From the IMG/VR virus record IMGVR_UViG_2645727948_000011: a DNA stretch of 64,000 nucleotides; one strand, written 5' to 3'. Made by a program: the position numbers and the translations under genes. The stretch comes from a virus (taxonomy: Duplodnaviria > Heunggongvirae > Uroviricota > Caudoviricetes). A model generated the notes under the pieces. It did no database searches, had not been told where the DNA came from, and worked only from the letters and a program-made list of their open reading frames with translations. Of this stretch, positions 9,039-21,700 are shown piece after piece; the stretch's first letter is position 1, and each line of letters starts with the position of its first letter.

Positions 9039-12026
9039 ATGAGCTTAAGCGATCAGGTGGTAATGGCCACCAGCATAGAAACGCTGATCGAGCTGCTAAA
9101 GAACCTGCCCGATTATGGGCGGGTTTCGTATGTGGTGACAGCGAAGGGAGACGAGGTAAAAACAGCGTTTGATATCGTCGATGCCTCAGTTCTTTTGGTA
9201 TCCAATACTCTGGATGGGAAAATTAATCCAGACTATCCCCAGGAACTTCAGCCGCGCGACCGGACCCGCGCATCCAGCCTTCTTCAGGTTAACCAGATAT
9301 CCAAAGATTTGCGGCCTGCTCAGCTTACTGATTCCGGTTTATCCAGCCATGGTGCGCCGATAATTGGTGAGGACAATGCCGTTGAGTCAGGTAATGGACG
9401 GACCATGGGGATCATCAAAGCCTATCAGGACGGCAATGCGGATCGGTATCGTGAGTACCTGATTGAACATGCGACCGAATTCGGCATACGACCTGAAAAG
9501 GTTGAATCAATGACGGCTCCGGTACTGGTGCGCCGCCGGTTAACTAAGGTTGATCGCGTTCAGTTTGCCAAGGACTCAAATATTTCTGATCTTCAGGAAA
9601 TGGCAGCCAGTGAAAAGGCTTTTGTTGATGCCGACAGCATAACACCGGCGATGATGGCGTTGTTTAACCCGTCAGAAAGCGGAGATCTGCTTAGCCGCAG
9701 TAATGACGCGTTTATTCGCGGATTTATGACGCAAGTTGGTGCCACACAGGCGGCTGGCCTTGTAACTGAAGATGGGCGACCAACACGGCAACTTGTAGAC
9801 CGTATACAAAACGCGATCTTTGCCAAGGCATATAAGGATGCGCGCCTGGTAAGGATGGTTGCAGAAGAACCTGATCCGGACATGCGTAATGTTCTGACGG
9901 CGCTTAATGCGGCAGCCAATGATTTTGTCCAGATGCAGGCTTTATCAGGAGAAGCGCACAAGCAGGCTGTGACAACTATTGTTGATGGCATTGAGACAGC
10001 GGATAGCCTCGATAAAAAGGCGCTGGCGGCATTGAAAGATGCGGTAGACCTGGTAAGGCAATCGAAGGAGTCAGGCCAACATATTACCGATGTTATTGCT
10101 CAGGGGGATATGTTCAGCGAAACAGCCCCGGAAGTGAAAGCTCTCGCGTTGTTCATCGTCGCGAATAACCGTAGCGCGAAGCGTATGGCCACCGCCTTTA
10201 AATTGATGGCTCAACGTATCAATGATGAGTTACAGCACCAGGGCCAGGCGCTCGGGGATATGTTTGGCGGCGGCGATGTGTCGTTACAGGATATCCTTCG
10301 CCAGGTATCTCAGGAACTGGAAAACGAAGGTATGCAAGGGATATCCGGCGGTCTTTTCGAGTCAGCTTCCGGCGGTAGTTACAACGGTGTTGCTCCATAT
10401 ACCAGCTTGCTATTACATCGGGCATCCGGCATCAAAGACATTATTCATCTGATCAGGCTGCTATCCCGCACCGATCCCCAGGATGAGCAGCTTGTACAAG
10501 TGCTTGCGCATTTTGTCCGAATGCCTGTTGCCGACGTAAAAAAATGGTGCCGATTATTCGGTATCAGCAATTCGTTACTTCGCGGATTGTTAAATTACGC
10601 ATCCTCCCTTGGGCGCGACGGCTTTGATGAGATAGCGCAGGCGATAAAAAACGGAGATATGCCACCAGCTATTGACTGGTTTTCCATTCGCCCAACCAGG
10701 GTGAAAGCATTCCTTAGCGCGGCGCAATCAGCATCACCATTGGCAGAAATGGTTCAGAGGTTGTCGCTCATATTCACAGACCATACCGCGTTGGGTGATC
10801 TGACTCTGGACGAGATGAAAGAAGCCTCCATTCAGTGGGCCGATCAACAAAATGAGGTTAACTCTGACTTCTTGCCAGCATTCAGGAAGGCCGTTAGTAA
10901 AGCTGATGATGCCCGTGGAATTCTGAGGGCATTTAAGGCATTGCAAAGTCAGGTTAATAAACATGTCGGTGATATCGATGGGGTAACGGCGGAAGGCAGG
11001 GATATCCTTAAAGAGCACGGCATAACGCCAGAGTTTATTGATGAGATCAGGACTGATATGCAGCGTGAGGTCGTATCGTCCCTGCAAATCGTAGCCAGAG
11101 CGTTGGCGGATGCTAATCCGAAGAGTGCGGCCATTGTTAACCGGGTTATTGGTGATATTGAAGCATCGGAGGGCATGGGGGCGCTGAAACTCTTCCTTTC
11201 GCGAGCGTTTAATCCTAACGGCAATATTCTCCCTGGCATTATTGGTGAGGCTAAAAAGTATGTCAGTGAAGAAGAACTTTCGCAGCTTGACCAACTACTT
11301 AAGCGATTCTCATATAACCCGCAGACACGCTGGCAAATGAATCAGCGAAGTATGGGTTCGGTCCACGAGAAAGTGTTATCTGCCATGAACAGTGCGATCG
11401 CCAACTCATCCGTATCTGAAGAAAAAGCTCTTGAGTGGGCCGACTCTTTTATCACGGAAGAAGTGGAAGAAGCCCGCGCTGGACAGAATGGTGGGATAGA
11501 CCTGCGCAAGGAACTTGCTGATATTTATCGCCTGACCGGCGGTAAAATTTCGACCTTATCAAAGGTGGTTCACCACCAGGGAAGGGCATATGCAAATCTT
11601 AATGGTGTTGTTGCTGTCAATTTGAACGATGAAAATGCAAGTGCACTGTGGCACGAGCTGGGTCATCATCTTGAGTACAGTAACCCTGGTTTGTTAGAGA
11701 AAGCCCGGTCATTCCTGAAGGCCAATGTTGAAGGGGATAAGCCATCTTTCGTCAATATCGGTGGGCGTGGCAAGCCTGAATGGTGCTTCAGATCTCGATT
11801 GAGTAATATTTATATGGCGAAGGTATACCCGCCAGCCTCAGTAAGTAACACCGGGAAAATTCGGCAGAAATCACCGACTATTTCCAAAACGTCAGCAACG
11901 GAAGTATTCTCTATGGCTCTTCAGTTGTATCATGACAAAGAGGCCGCTGCCGCATCACTGATGAATGGTGACGGATTGCTGGAACTGTTATTAGGTGTGG
12001 CAAAGGAGCTAAATAATGCAGATTAA
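9039..12026 (+). CDS. ddrB: DdrB-like large protein
   Basis: 995-aa ORF downstream of darA. Confidence 0.5.
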   Translation: MSLSDQVVMATSIETLIELLKNLPDYGRVSYVVTAKGDEVKTAFDIVDASVLLVSNTLDGKINPDYPQELQPRDRTRASSLLQVNQISKDLRPAQLTDSGLSSHGAPIIGEDNAVESGNGRTMGIIKAYQDGNADRYREYLIEHATEFGIRPEKVESMTAPVLVRRRLTKVDRVQFAKDSNISDLQEMAASEKAFVDADSITPAMMALFNPSESGDLLSRSNDAFIRGFMTQVGATQAAGLVTEDGRPTRQLVDRIQNAIFAKAYKDARLVRMVAEEPDPDMRNVLTALNAAANDFVQMQALSGEAHKQAVTTIVDGIETADSLDKKALAALKDAVDLVRQSKESGQHITDVIAQGDMFSETAPEVKALALFIVANNRSAKRMATAFKLMAQRINDELQHQGQALGDMFGGGDVSLQDILRQVSQELENEGMQGISGGLFESASGGSYNGVAPYTSLLLHRASGIKDIIHLIRLLSRTDPQDEQLVQVLAHFVRMPVADVKKWCRLFGISNSLLRGLLNYASSLGRDGFDEIAQAIKNGDMPPAIDWFSIRPTRVKAFLSAAQSASPLAEMVQRLSLIFTDHTALGDLTLDEMKEASIQWADQQNEVNSDFLPAFRKAVSKADDARGILRAFKALQSQVNKHVGDIDGVTAEGRDILKEHGITPEFIDEIRTDMQREVVSSLQIVARALADANPKSAAIVNRVIGDIEASEGMGALKLFLSRAFNPNGNILPGIIGEAKKYVSEEELSQLDQLLKRFSYNPQTRWQMNQRSMGSVHEKVLSAMNSAIANSSVSEEKALEWADSFITEEVEEARAGQNGGIDLRKELADIYRLTGGKISTLSKVVHHQGRAYANLNGVVAVNLNDENASALWHELGHHLEYSNPGLLEKARSFLKANVEGDKPSFVNIGGRGKPEWCFRSRLSNIYMAKVYPPASVSNTGKIRQKSPTISKTSATEVFSMALQLYHDKEAAAASLMNGDGLLELLLGVAKELNNAD

Positions 12027-12324
12027 AATCGCAGCGCCATTAGGCGGAGATGCCATTATCGAATTTGATGATAATGAAGAAGTTTCCGGGCGTTTAAGCA
12101 TTATCTCCGGTGACATTACCGAGGACATGATCGCTGAAGCCATAGCTGGGGCAAATCCCAATAGCTATATGGGATTCGTTAACACCCTTGATGCTCCCGC
12201 AAGTGATGTTCTCCGAACGCTGCATCTTTACGCTGGCTGGTTTGTTGATTGGCCAGCAGTAGATGGTGGCGATGAGGACGACGACGATGATTTTGGTGAT
12301 CATGTAGACCAGATCGTATATTGA
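12016..12324 (+). CDS. Hypothetical acidic protein, last gene of the operon
   Basis: ATG overlaps ddrB end, AAGGAG 8 nt upstream; C-terminal Asp/Glu run. Confidence 0.45.
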   Translation: MQIKIAAPLGGDAIIEFDDNEEVSGRLSIISGDITEDMIAEAIAGANPNSYMGFVNTLDAPASDVLRTLHLYAGWFVDWPAVDGGDEDDDDDFGDHVDQIVY

Positions 12325-12326
12325 AG

Positions 12327-12353
12327 AAATCCCGCCAATTGGCGGGATTTTTA
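12327..12353. terminator. Bidirectional intrinsic terminator
   Basis: AAATCCCGCC-AATT-GGCGGGATTTTT perfect hairpin flanked by A and T runs between convergent genes. Confidence 0.8.
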
Positions 12354-12355
12354 CC

Positions 12356-13450
12356 TCACGAGAAACTCTTTTCTGATGTCAGCCAACAGTGCTCGTGCAT
12401 ATCTCTTGGTGGTTTTTCGACAAATGCCTCTTCAGCCACATCCTGCCAGGGGATTTGTTTAGCCCATTCAGCTATAGCGTTATGGTTTGCCGAGAATAAC
12501 GGTATTGTATAGGCCTTCAGCCAGTCTAATGTGCTGGAGTTGTGTTTTTTAGCGTGATGTTTCGCATGGTGTTTGGCGATCACGATCGTAGGCACTACCC
12601 ATTTACTACCGTCAGTCATTGTGAAGTGCATATTACGGGGAACAGATGACTTTTCCATCAACTCCCGAATCCCGGGGAATTTCCCCAAGATCAATCGGCG
12701 ATATTCATCGCTATTGCGCCCACCAAACTCTTTGGCTTTGAATTCAAGATATGCTTCAGAAACGAGAGGTGAATCCTCTGTGTTTAGAGTTATCGCCGTG
12801 AAAAAACCAGCAGGATTGTTTTTACTATGGGCCAACCGGTGATGCGAATCATAAAAGTACCCTTTCTCGCGTTCCGATGGTTTCGACAGCAACAGCAGGC
12901 GCGAGTCATAATTGGTTAAATTGCCAGTTATCACTGCATGAGCGCGATCGCTGATTTCCGCCGAGTTAATAACGATGAAAAGATCGTGCGGTCCAGTAAA
13001 ACCAGCCAGAGACTCTTCGTTATTCAGACAATAGGTTATATAGACGCATCCCCATGTTTCACTGATATGCACCAACCCTTTGTCAGGGTGTATTCTGAAA
13101 TAATTGCCAAGAAAAGGGTGTTTTTGGGTAACTCGCTCCCAATAACGGAACATATAGTCAATTATTGTTTTTCGACTATCGTTAATCGCAGGAGAAACAA
13201 CCACTGTACGGGAGCACGAATACAGTATTGTTTGCAGGATGCTAATCACTGCCACAATAGAGGTTTCCCCAATACCATGTGGTGTGGTGGCAGTGACTTT
13301 GGCTCCGGTGTTCTTTATCGAGTTAATAATTTTTGCTTGATGAGGTGTTAACTCAATATCAAGCAACTCTTTTGCTGCCAGTTCCCAATTGTCTTTATAC
13401 CGTTCTATCAGTGCTAACCAGGCAGATTCATTCTGTATACGATTAATCAC
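12356..13450 (-). CDS. Terminase-large-subunit (PacB) ATPase-domain paralogue with degenerate Walker A and B motifs
   Basis: Collinear similarity to PacB residues about 8-270 in this same window; Walker A GHGTGKS replaced by PHGIGET, Walker B IIDEAS replaced by VINSAE; no nuclease-domain region. Confidence 0.7.
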   Translation of the reverse strand: MINRIQNESAWLALIERYKDNWELAAKELLDIELTPHQAKIINSIKNTGAKVTATTPHGIGETSIVAVISILQTILYSCSRTVVVSPAINDSRKTIIDYMFRYWERVTQKHPFLGNYFRIHPDKGLVHISETWGCVYITYCLNNEESLAGFTGPHDLFIVINSAEISDRAHAVITGNLTNYDSRLLLLSKPSEREKGYFYDSHHRLAHSKNNPAGFFTAITLNTEDSPLVSEAYLEFKAKEFGGRNSDEYRRLILGKFPGIRELMEKSSVPRNMHFTMTDGSKWVVPTIVIAKHHAKHHAKKHNSSTLDWLKAYTIPLFSANHNAIAEWAKQIPWQDVAEEAFVEKPPRDMHEHCWLTSEKSFS

Positions 13451-14351
13451 TTTCCACCTCTTCCGTGGTGTTTTCTTGCAGTTCTGTTAATGCAGCACGA
13501 CATAGGTTCCGGGCATTGGCTATAGCCACACTTTTGACTTCATCCGTCATCGTGCAGGTAATGTACTGATCGAGTTCTTCAGCGCGGATGATGCTTTTGC
13601 CAATCAGAAACTGTATTTGCCATAGCAGATCGGCATCCATAATCAGAATTTCTGCCGGGCCTTCAGGGCCAGCCGGGAAGGAAACATAAGACTGTTTGCC
13701 CAGGCCGACAACTCGACAACTTGCTTCAAGAATTGCGCGCTTGAGGTCTGACTTTATAACGGAAACAGGTTGATTTTCACCAGTGATTACGCCGTTGACA
13801 TGGAAAGGCATGTAGCTTGAAATACGCTCCACTTTCCACACGCCAGCAAGCGATCCTTCATGCAGCACAATGGGGGTAACCGCGAGTTTCATCTCACCAT
13901 ATAACTGCTGGCAGATAGCTGGATTGCTGAATACATCTAAAGGCTCACATTCAAACAGCGGCGCAATCTGCATGAGGTCCATCATGGTCATCCCTGGGGT
14001 ACGAGCAGTAATGAATTTGCGCATACCAGTATCCATTGCGCTCCAGATTGCTACACCATGCTTTTTGCTCACTTCTTCAGTAAAGCCAAGGTGGCACATG
14101 ATGGTTTTTTCGATAGCCAGATCGGAGATAGAAACCTTTTCGCCAGGTACACCATCATTATTGATGGTCACTTCGACACTCTGGCCATTACGCAGGCGGT
14201 ATTGAATTGTTTTAGTATTTTGTGCTGCCATAGTCTTTTCTCTGCTTAAAAACTGATGTATTGCGCCTTCAGGTGGGTCAGGAATGTTTTCCCACCAGCG
14301 AAAGCAATATCTCGGGGTGTTCTGTTCGTTAAAAACGCGTTCCATTGCCAA
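13443..14351 (-). CDS. Hypothetical protein, upstream partner of the PacB paralogue
   Basis: Stop overlaps start of 12356-13450; start ambiguous (TTG 14351, ATG 14345 or ATG 14231). Confidence 0.5.
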   Translation of the reverse strand: MAMERVFNEQNTPRYCFRWWENIPDPPEGAIHQFLSREKTMAAQNTKTIQYRLRNGQSVEVTINNDGVPGEKVSISDLAIEKTIMCHLGFTEEVSKKHGVAIWSAMDTGMRKFITARTPGMTMMDLMQIAPLFECEPLDVFSNPAICQQLYGEMKLAVTPIVLHEGSLAGVWKVERISSYMPFHVNGVITGENQPVSVIKSDLKRAILEASCRVVGLGKQSYVSFPAGPEGPAEILIMDADLLWQIQFLIGKSIIRAEELDQYITCTMTDEVKSVAIANARNLCRAALTELQENTTEEVESD

Positions 14352-14433
14352 CTTTGGCGTTTTTTAGCGAGTTCGTGCTTTTGTTGGCGTTTGGACCACC
14401 GCTTTTCTTTCAGTCGTTTTTTACTCATAAACT

Positions 14434-14922
14434 CTAAAACGGAATATCGTCTTCAAAGTCCATTGGAGGTTCGTTATTGGCGCTGCTCTGAGGTTTGCCA
14501 CCACCGCTGTATTGCTGGTGGTTTTGAGGTTGGTTTGACTGCCCCCAGCCATTTGAGGACTGTGAATCGTCGCGGCGAGCGCCGATCATTTGCATGGTGC
14601 CGCCCTGGCTGACGATAATTTCCGTCGTGTAACGTTCTACACCGGCGTCATCTGTCCACTTACGGGTTTTAAGTTTCCCTTCGATGTAGACCTGAGAACC
14701 TTTTTGTAAATACTCACTCGCAATTTCAGCAAGTTTTCCGAACAAAACGACTTTATGCCATTCTGTTTGCTCTTTCTGTTGGCCCGTTTGCTTATCGCGC
14801 CATGATTCATTCGTTGCGATGCTGAGTCTTCCGACTGCGCCGCCATTTGGTATATACCTGATCTCCGGGTCTTGCCCCAGGGTACCAATCAGGATGACTT
14901 TGTTTACACCGCGTTGTGCCAC
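14434..14922 (-). CDS. ssb: Single-stranded DNA-binding protein
   Basis: OB-fold SSB sequence with acidic tail DFEDDIPF. Confidence 0.95.
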   Translation of the reverse strand: MAQRGVNKVILIGTLGQDPEIRYIPNGGAVGRLSIATNESWRDKQTGQQKEQTEWHKVVLFGKLAEIASEYLQKGSQVYIEGKLKTRKWTDDAGVERYTTEIIVSQGGTMQMIGARRDDSQSSNGWGQSNQPQNHQQYSGGGKPQSSANNEPPMDFEDDIPF

Positions 14923-14941
14923 TTTTCTTACCTAATAAAAT

Positions 14942-14958
14942 AAATTAATTAGAGCAAT
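14942..14958. promoter_or_regulatory. C1 repressor operator
   Basis: AAATTAATTAGAGCAAT, 16/17 to reverse complement of consensus ATTGCTCTAATAAATTT. Confidence 0.75.
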
Positions 14959-14982
14959 AATGTATATCTTTGAAACGTGGCT

Positions 14983-15003
14983 AACAAGTGATTTGCATTA
15001 TCC
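14983..15003 (+). promoter_or_regulatory. Candidate late promoter (AACAAGTGA box + 6 bp + TTATCC)
   Basis: Box also found upstream of prt and of the 52358 operon with the same spacing to a -10-like hexamer. Confidence 0.35.
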
Positions 15004-15091
15004 TGTACCTTCTAAAGGGATCGAGTCAGTCGGTATTGGCTGTGAATGAGTGTTTGTCCTGGAGCGTAAAAAATTCGCTTATGAGGTCTTT

Positions 15092-15649
15092 ATGAAGGGA
15101 AAAACAGCCGCAGGAGGCGGTGCAATTTGCGCTATCGCGGTGATGATTACCATCGTGATGGGTAATGGCAATGTGCGAACCAACCAGGCGGGGCTTGAGC
15201 TGATTGGTAACGCTGAAGGTTGCCGACGTGATCCATACATGTGCCCGGCGGGGGTATGGACTGACGGGATCGGTAATACACACGGGGTAACGCCGGGTGT
15301 GCGAAAAACCGACCAGCAAATCGCCGCTGATTGGGAAAAGAATATCCTGATCGCTGAACGCTGTATTAATCAGCACTTCCGGGGCAAAGACATGCCCGAT
15401 AATGCCTTCAGTGCAATGACAAGCGCGGCATTCAATATGGGATGCAATAGCTTACGGACCTACTACAGCAAAGCGCGAGGCATGCGAGTAGAAACGTCCA
15501 TCCACAAGTGGGCGCAGAAAGGGGAATGGGTGAATATGTGTAATCATCTCCCTGATTTCGTGAACAGTAACGGCGTGCCCCTGCGAGGTTTAAAGATTCG
15601 CCGTGAAAAAGAACGCCAGCTTTGCCTGACGGGGCTTGTCAATGAATAA
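15092..15649 (+). CDS. lyz: Endolysin (T4-lysozyme-like)
   Basis: LELIGNAEGCRRDPYMCPAGVWTDGIGNTHG lysozyme motif; ATG at 15092 after GAGGT gives 185 aa. Confidence 0.85.
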   Translation: MKGKTAAGGGAICAIAVMITIVMGNGNVRTNQAGLELIGNAEGCRRDPYMCPAGVWTDGIGNTHGVTPGVRKTDQQIAADWEKNILIAERCINQHFRGKDMPDNAFSAMTSAAFNMGCNSLRTYYSKARGMRVETSIHKWAQKGEWVNMCNHLPDFVNSNGVPLRGLKIRREKERQLCLTGLVNE

Positions 15650-15896
15650 ACTCCGGCAGCTCCGCCGACTTTCGACAATGAAGTTATCGCTGGCGGCGAT
15701 AGTTTTTGACTCGATTTTCATGGCGGTATATGTGCTCAATGAGACGTGGCCACTGGAACCGCTATTGTATGCCGGGCTTCGGCTGTGCCTGACATTTTTG
15801 AGCATGGCTGCGAGATTGATGCAGCAGAAAGAAACCGCTTCAGATTGTCCACGCCGCGCGGTGCGCAAATATATGGCACGAAGGCGAAGGCGATAA
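15642..15896 (+). CDS. Small membrane protein, possibly lysis-associated
   Basis: ATG overlaps lyz stop; one TM helix, basic C-terminus. Confidence 0.4.
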   Translation: MNKLRQLRRLSTMKLSLAAIVFDSIFMAVYVLNETWPLEPLLYAGLRLCLTFLSMAARLMQQKETASDCPRRAVRKYMARRRRR

Positions 15897-15908
15897 TAGT
15901 TAACGAGA

Positions 15909-15936
15909 ACCCCGGCAGCTGCCGGGGTTATTTTTG
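15909..15936. terminator. Bidirectional intrinsic terminator
   Basis: CCCCGGCAGCTGCCGGGG hairpin followed by TTATTTTT. Confidence 0.75.
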
Positions 15937-15940
15937 GTGG

Positions 15941-18671
<2,731 letters not shown>

Positions 18672-18706
18672 TTAATTAGAATAATTCGCATCGTGTTTGA
18701 ACGGAA

Positions 18707-18727
18707 ATTTAACACTAGTCACTTGTT
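18707..18727 (-). promoter_or_regulatory. Candidate late promoter for prt (AACAAGTGA box + 6 bp + TTAAAT) within a palindrome
   Basis: Plus strand AACACTAGTCACTTGTT is near-palindromic; located in the prt/darB divergent region. Confidence 0.35.
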
Positions 18728-18738
18728 AAGGATTACCA

Positions 18739-21700
18739 ATGAACAAGCTATCTATGGGGGTGTTTCGCTGTTCAAGTGTCAGCGAAATATTGAAATACAT
18801 TAGGGCAATAACATCTCACCGAGCGCCGATTAAATACGGCGTGGAAAAGGTGGAAGGCAAAAGCTATGACCGACTGCGCCGTGAGGCGAATCAGAAGGCG
18901 ATAGATTTGCTTAATTCGCTGGTGGACGGCGCGACACTGACAGATGAACAGCGCCAGATCCTGGCTGGGTACACCGGTGAAGGCGGCATTGGCGGGTCCG
19001 TCTCCGAATATTACACACCAAAGCCGATCGCTGAAGGTGTCTGGGAGATCATGAAGCTCTACGGCGCGGACGTAGGTAACACTCTGGAACCATCGGCGGG
19101 AACCGGCGTTTTTAATGAGACAAAACCGGTTGGTACGGTGATGACCGCGACTGAGATCAGCAGTGTTTCCGGTCGTATAAACCAGCTGTTGCACCCGGAA
19201 GACAGCGTACAGATTTCTCCGTTCGAACAACTGGCTGTAAGCACGCCTAACGATTCATTCGACCATGTTGTGGGTAACGTTCCGTTCGGTGGTCGTGATA
19301 ACACACGCAACATCGATAAGCCTTACGCAGAAGAAACGGACATGGGTTCTTACTTCATGCTCCGCATGCTGGACAAGATAAAGCCAGGCGGATTCATGTG
19401 CGTGATTGTGCCGCCGTCCATTGTTTCAGGTTCAAACATGAAGCGGTTACGCCTGCGCCTATCACGGAAAGCTGAATTTCTTGGTGCCCACCGCTTGCCT
19501 ACCGGTACTTTTGACGCAAACGGGACCAGTACAGTTGTTGATGTGGTGCTGATGCGCAAACATCCGGCAGAGATGGCTGAGAAAATCCCCCTGGTGGATG
19601 AAAGCACTCTCGAATCGGCAAATGTGCTTTGGCCAACGTTTATTTCTGGCAAGTGGTTTGAAAAGGACGGCCGCCGGTTTGTTCATGGCACCCAGGAAAA
19701 GGGCTTCCAGGGGCGTATTGAGGTTCGTGCCGACGGTCAGATTGATAACCAGGCTCTTAAAGCGAAGCTGATTCATCGTTTCGAAAGCCGTATCGACTGG
19801 TCTTTGCTCGATATGGCTGAACCGTCACCGACCGCAGACGTTGTTGGTGAAGGGGAAATGCGCCTGATTAATGGCGTATGGCAAAAATATGCTGGTGGTC
19901 GCTGGATTGAAGCTGATGCCGGGAAGGAACTTAAGATCGATGCTGCCAGTTATGGCGCGGATAGCTGGGAGGCTCTTCAGCGTAACCTGACTACAACAGA
20001 AGGCCGTCTCGGCATGACATTTACCCAGATGGCAAATGTCCGCGATAAGTACACCACATCAATCAGCGACGATATGGTGCAGCTGGTGGACTGGATTAAC
20101 AGCCAGCCTGAAAAATACCGTGAACGCTTGTATCGCGGGGCGATGATTGGCCGGATGTTAATTGAATATCAGGACATGAAGGCCGCCGGGCATAGTGCTG
20201 AACAAATCGAACAGCAGCGCCTTTCTCTGGTATCCCGTTTGCAGGCAGAGATTGACCGTTTTGGTAACCCTGGTCGCGGTCCGATAGCTAAATTATCGGG
20301 AAGCGGTGCGCGCGCCTGGTTTGCTTTCCGTGGTGCAATTAAGCTGGATGGCACTATTTCTGACGAGCTGACAGGAAAGCTGGTTACGCATGATTCCAGC
20401 GCCAGTTATGACTCCACCAGCTATCAGGACACCCTGCGTTATCTCTATAGCGATCTTACCCGCGATCCAATCCAGCTCGATGATTTCCGCCTTGCGTTTA
20501 CCGGCGAATTGCCAGCCAGTGATGAAGAGTTGCTTAATTTATTGGCCAGCACTCCTGGTATTGCGGTTTCACCGTATGGCGGGATTGTTCCGTTCGCCCG
20601 CGCCACCAGCGGCGACATTAACGAGATAGTGGCTCCAAAACAGGAATTCCTCGCCACGCTCCCCGACGGTCCAGTAAAGAACAACGTCCTTAATCAGCTG
20701 GCAGCGATCGAAGAGAAGCGCATCAAGACGCCAGCAGAGAATATCCGCTTTAAGCTCAATAGCCGTTGGTTCGACCGTTCCGTCATTCTGGAGTTTTTGC
20801 AGGAAAACGGCTATCCGGATCTGCGCTATGTGCAGTCAGTGCAGCTGGAAGGCGACGAAATGGTTTCTGACACCTATCACGGTGGTGATGGCCTGTTCGT
20901 CGGGCACCGATACGGTGTCGTCCAGCGCAAGGATAAAGAAACAGGCGAGATCCGCTACGAGTGGGACCGTAAATCAGGTGAAAACGCGACCGGGTTCCCG
21001 GCACAGCTGGAAAAGTATCTCAATGGTGCGCGTATCGGTGGCAAAGATAGCGCGACGGCGAACGGCTACCGCGAGCAGATGGCACTGCTTGAGGACCAGT
21101 TCAATAAGTGGATCAAGACGCACGATCGCTACGATGAGCTGGTTGCCAAATACAACGATGTGTTCAATAGCAATATCCCGTATGAACACTCTGGCGATCC
21201 GCTTGGGTTGAAGGGATTAAGCGGTAAGCGACAGCCATTTGATTACCAGAATAGCGAGGTGCGCCGACTGTCCGAAGATGGGCGCGGCATCCTGGGCTTC
21301 GGTACCGGGCTGGGTAAAACCACGACCGCGCTGGCGCTTGAGGCGTTCAACTATGAGAACGGTCGTTCCACCCGTACTGCGTATGTAGTGCCTAAATCAG
21401 TGCTGGAAAACTGGTATTACGAAGCAAAAGAGTTCCTGAGTGAAGAGGCATTCAGTAACTACCTGTTCGTCGGTCTTGATGTGCTGATGGATGGCGATCA
21501 GATTCGCCAGGTGCCGGTGCTCAATGAGAACGGTAAACCTGTTCTTGGTACTGATGGCACTCCAGTTATGCGCGATGCTCTTAAGCTGGCAGATGAAGCC
21601 ACTATCACGGCGCGGATGAACGCGATCCCGCACTCAAATTACCGTGCAGTCGTGTTTACCAAAGAACAATACGCCCGCATTCCGCTACGTGATGACACCG

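Noticed and set aside
6906-11294. Antisense ORFs within darA and ddrB (e.g. 7762-8133, 9593-9991, 10734-11294)
   Set aside because: Overlap long plus-strand genes with good coding continuity; no independent start signals.
14246-14428. 60-aa highly basic ORF starting 6 nt after the ssb stop and overlapping the start region of 13443-14351
   Set aside because: Weak RBS and out-of-frame overlap with the downstream gene; it may instead mark start-site ambiguity or a frameshift in that gene, so not called as a separate feature.
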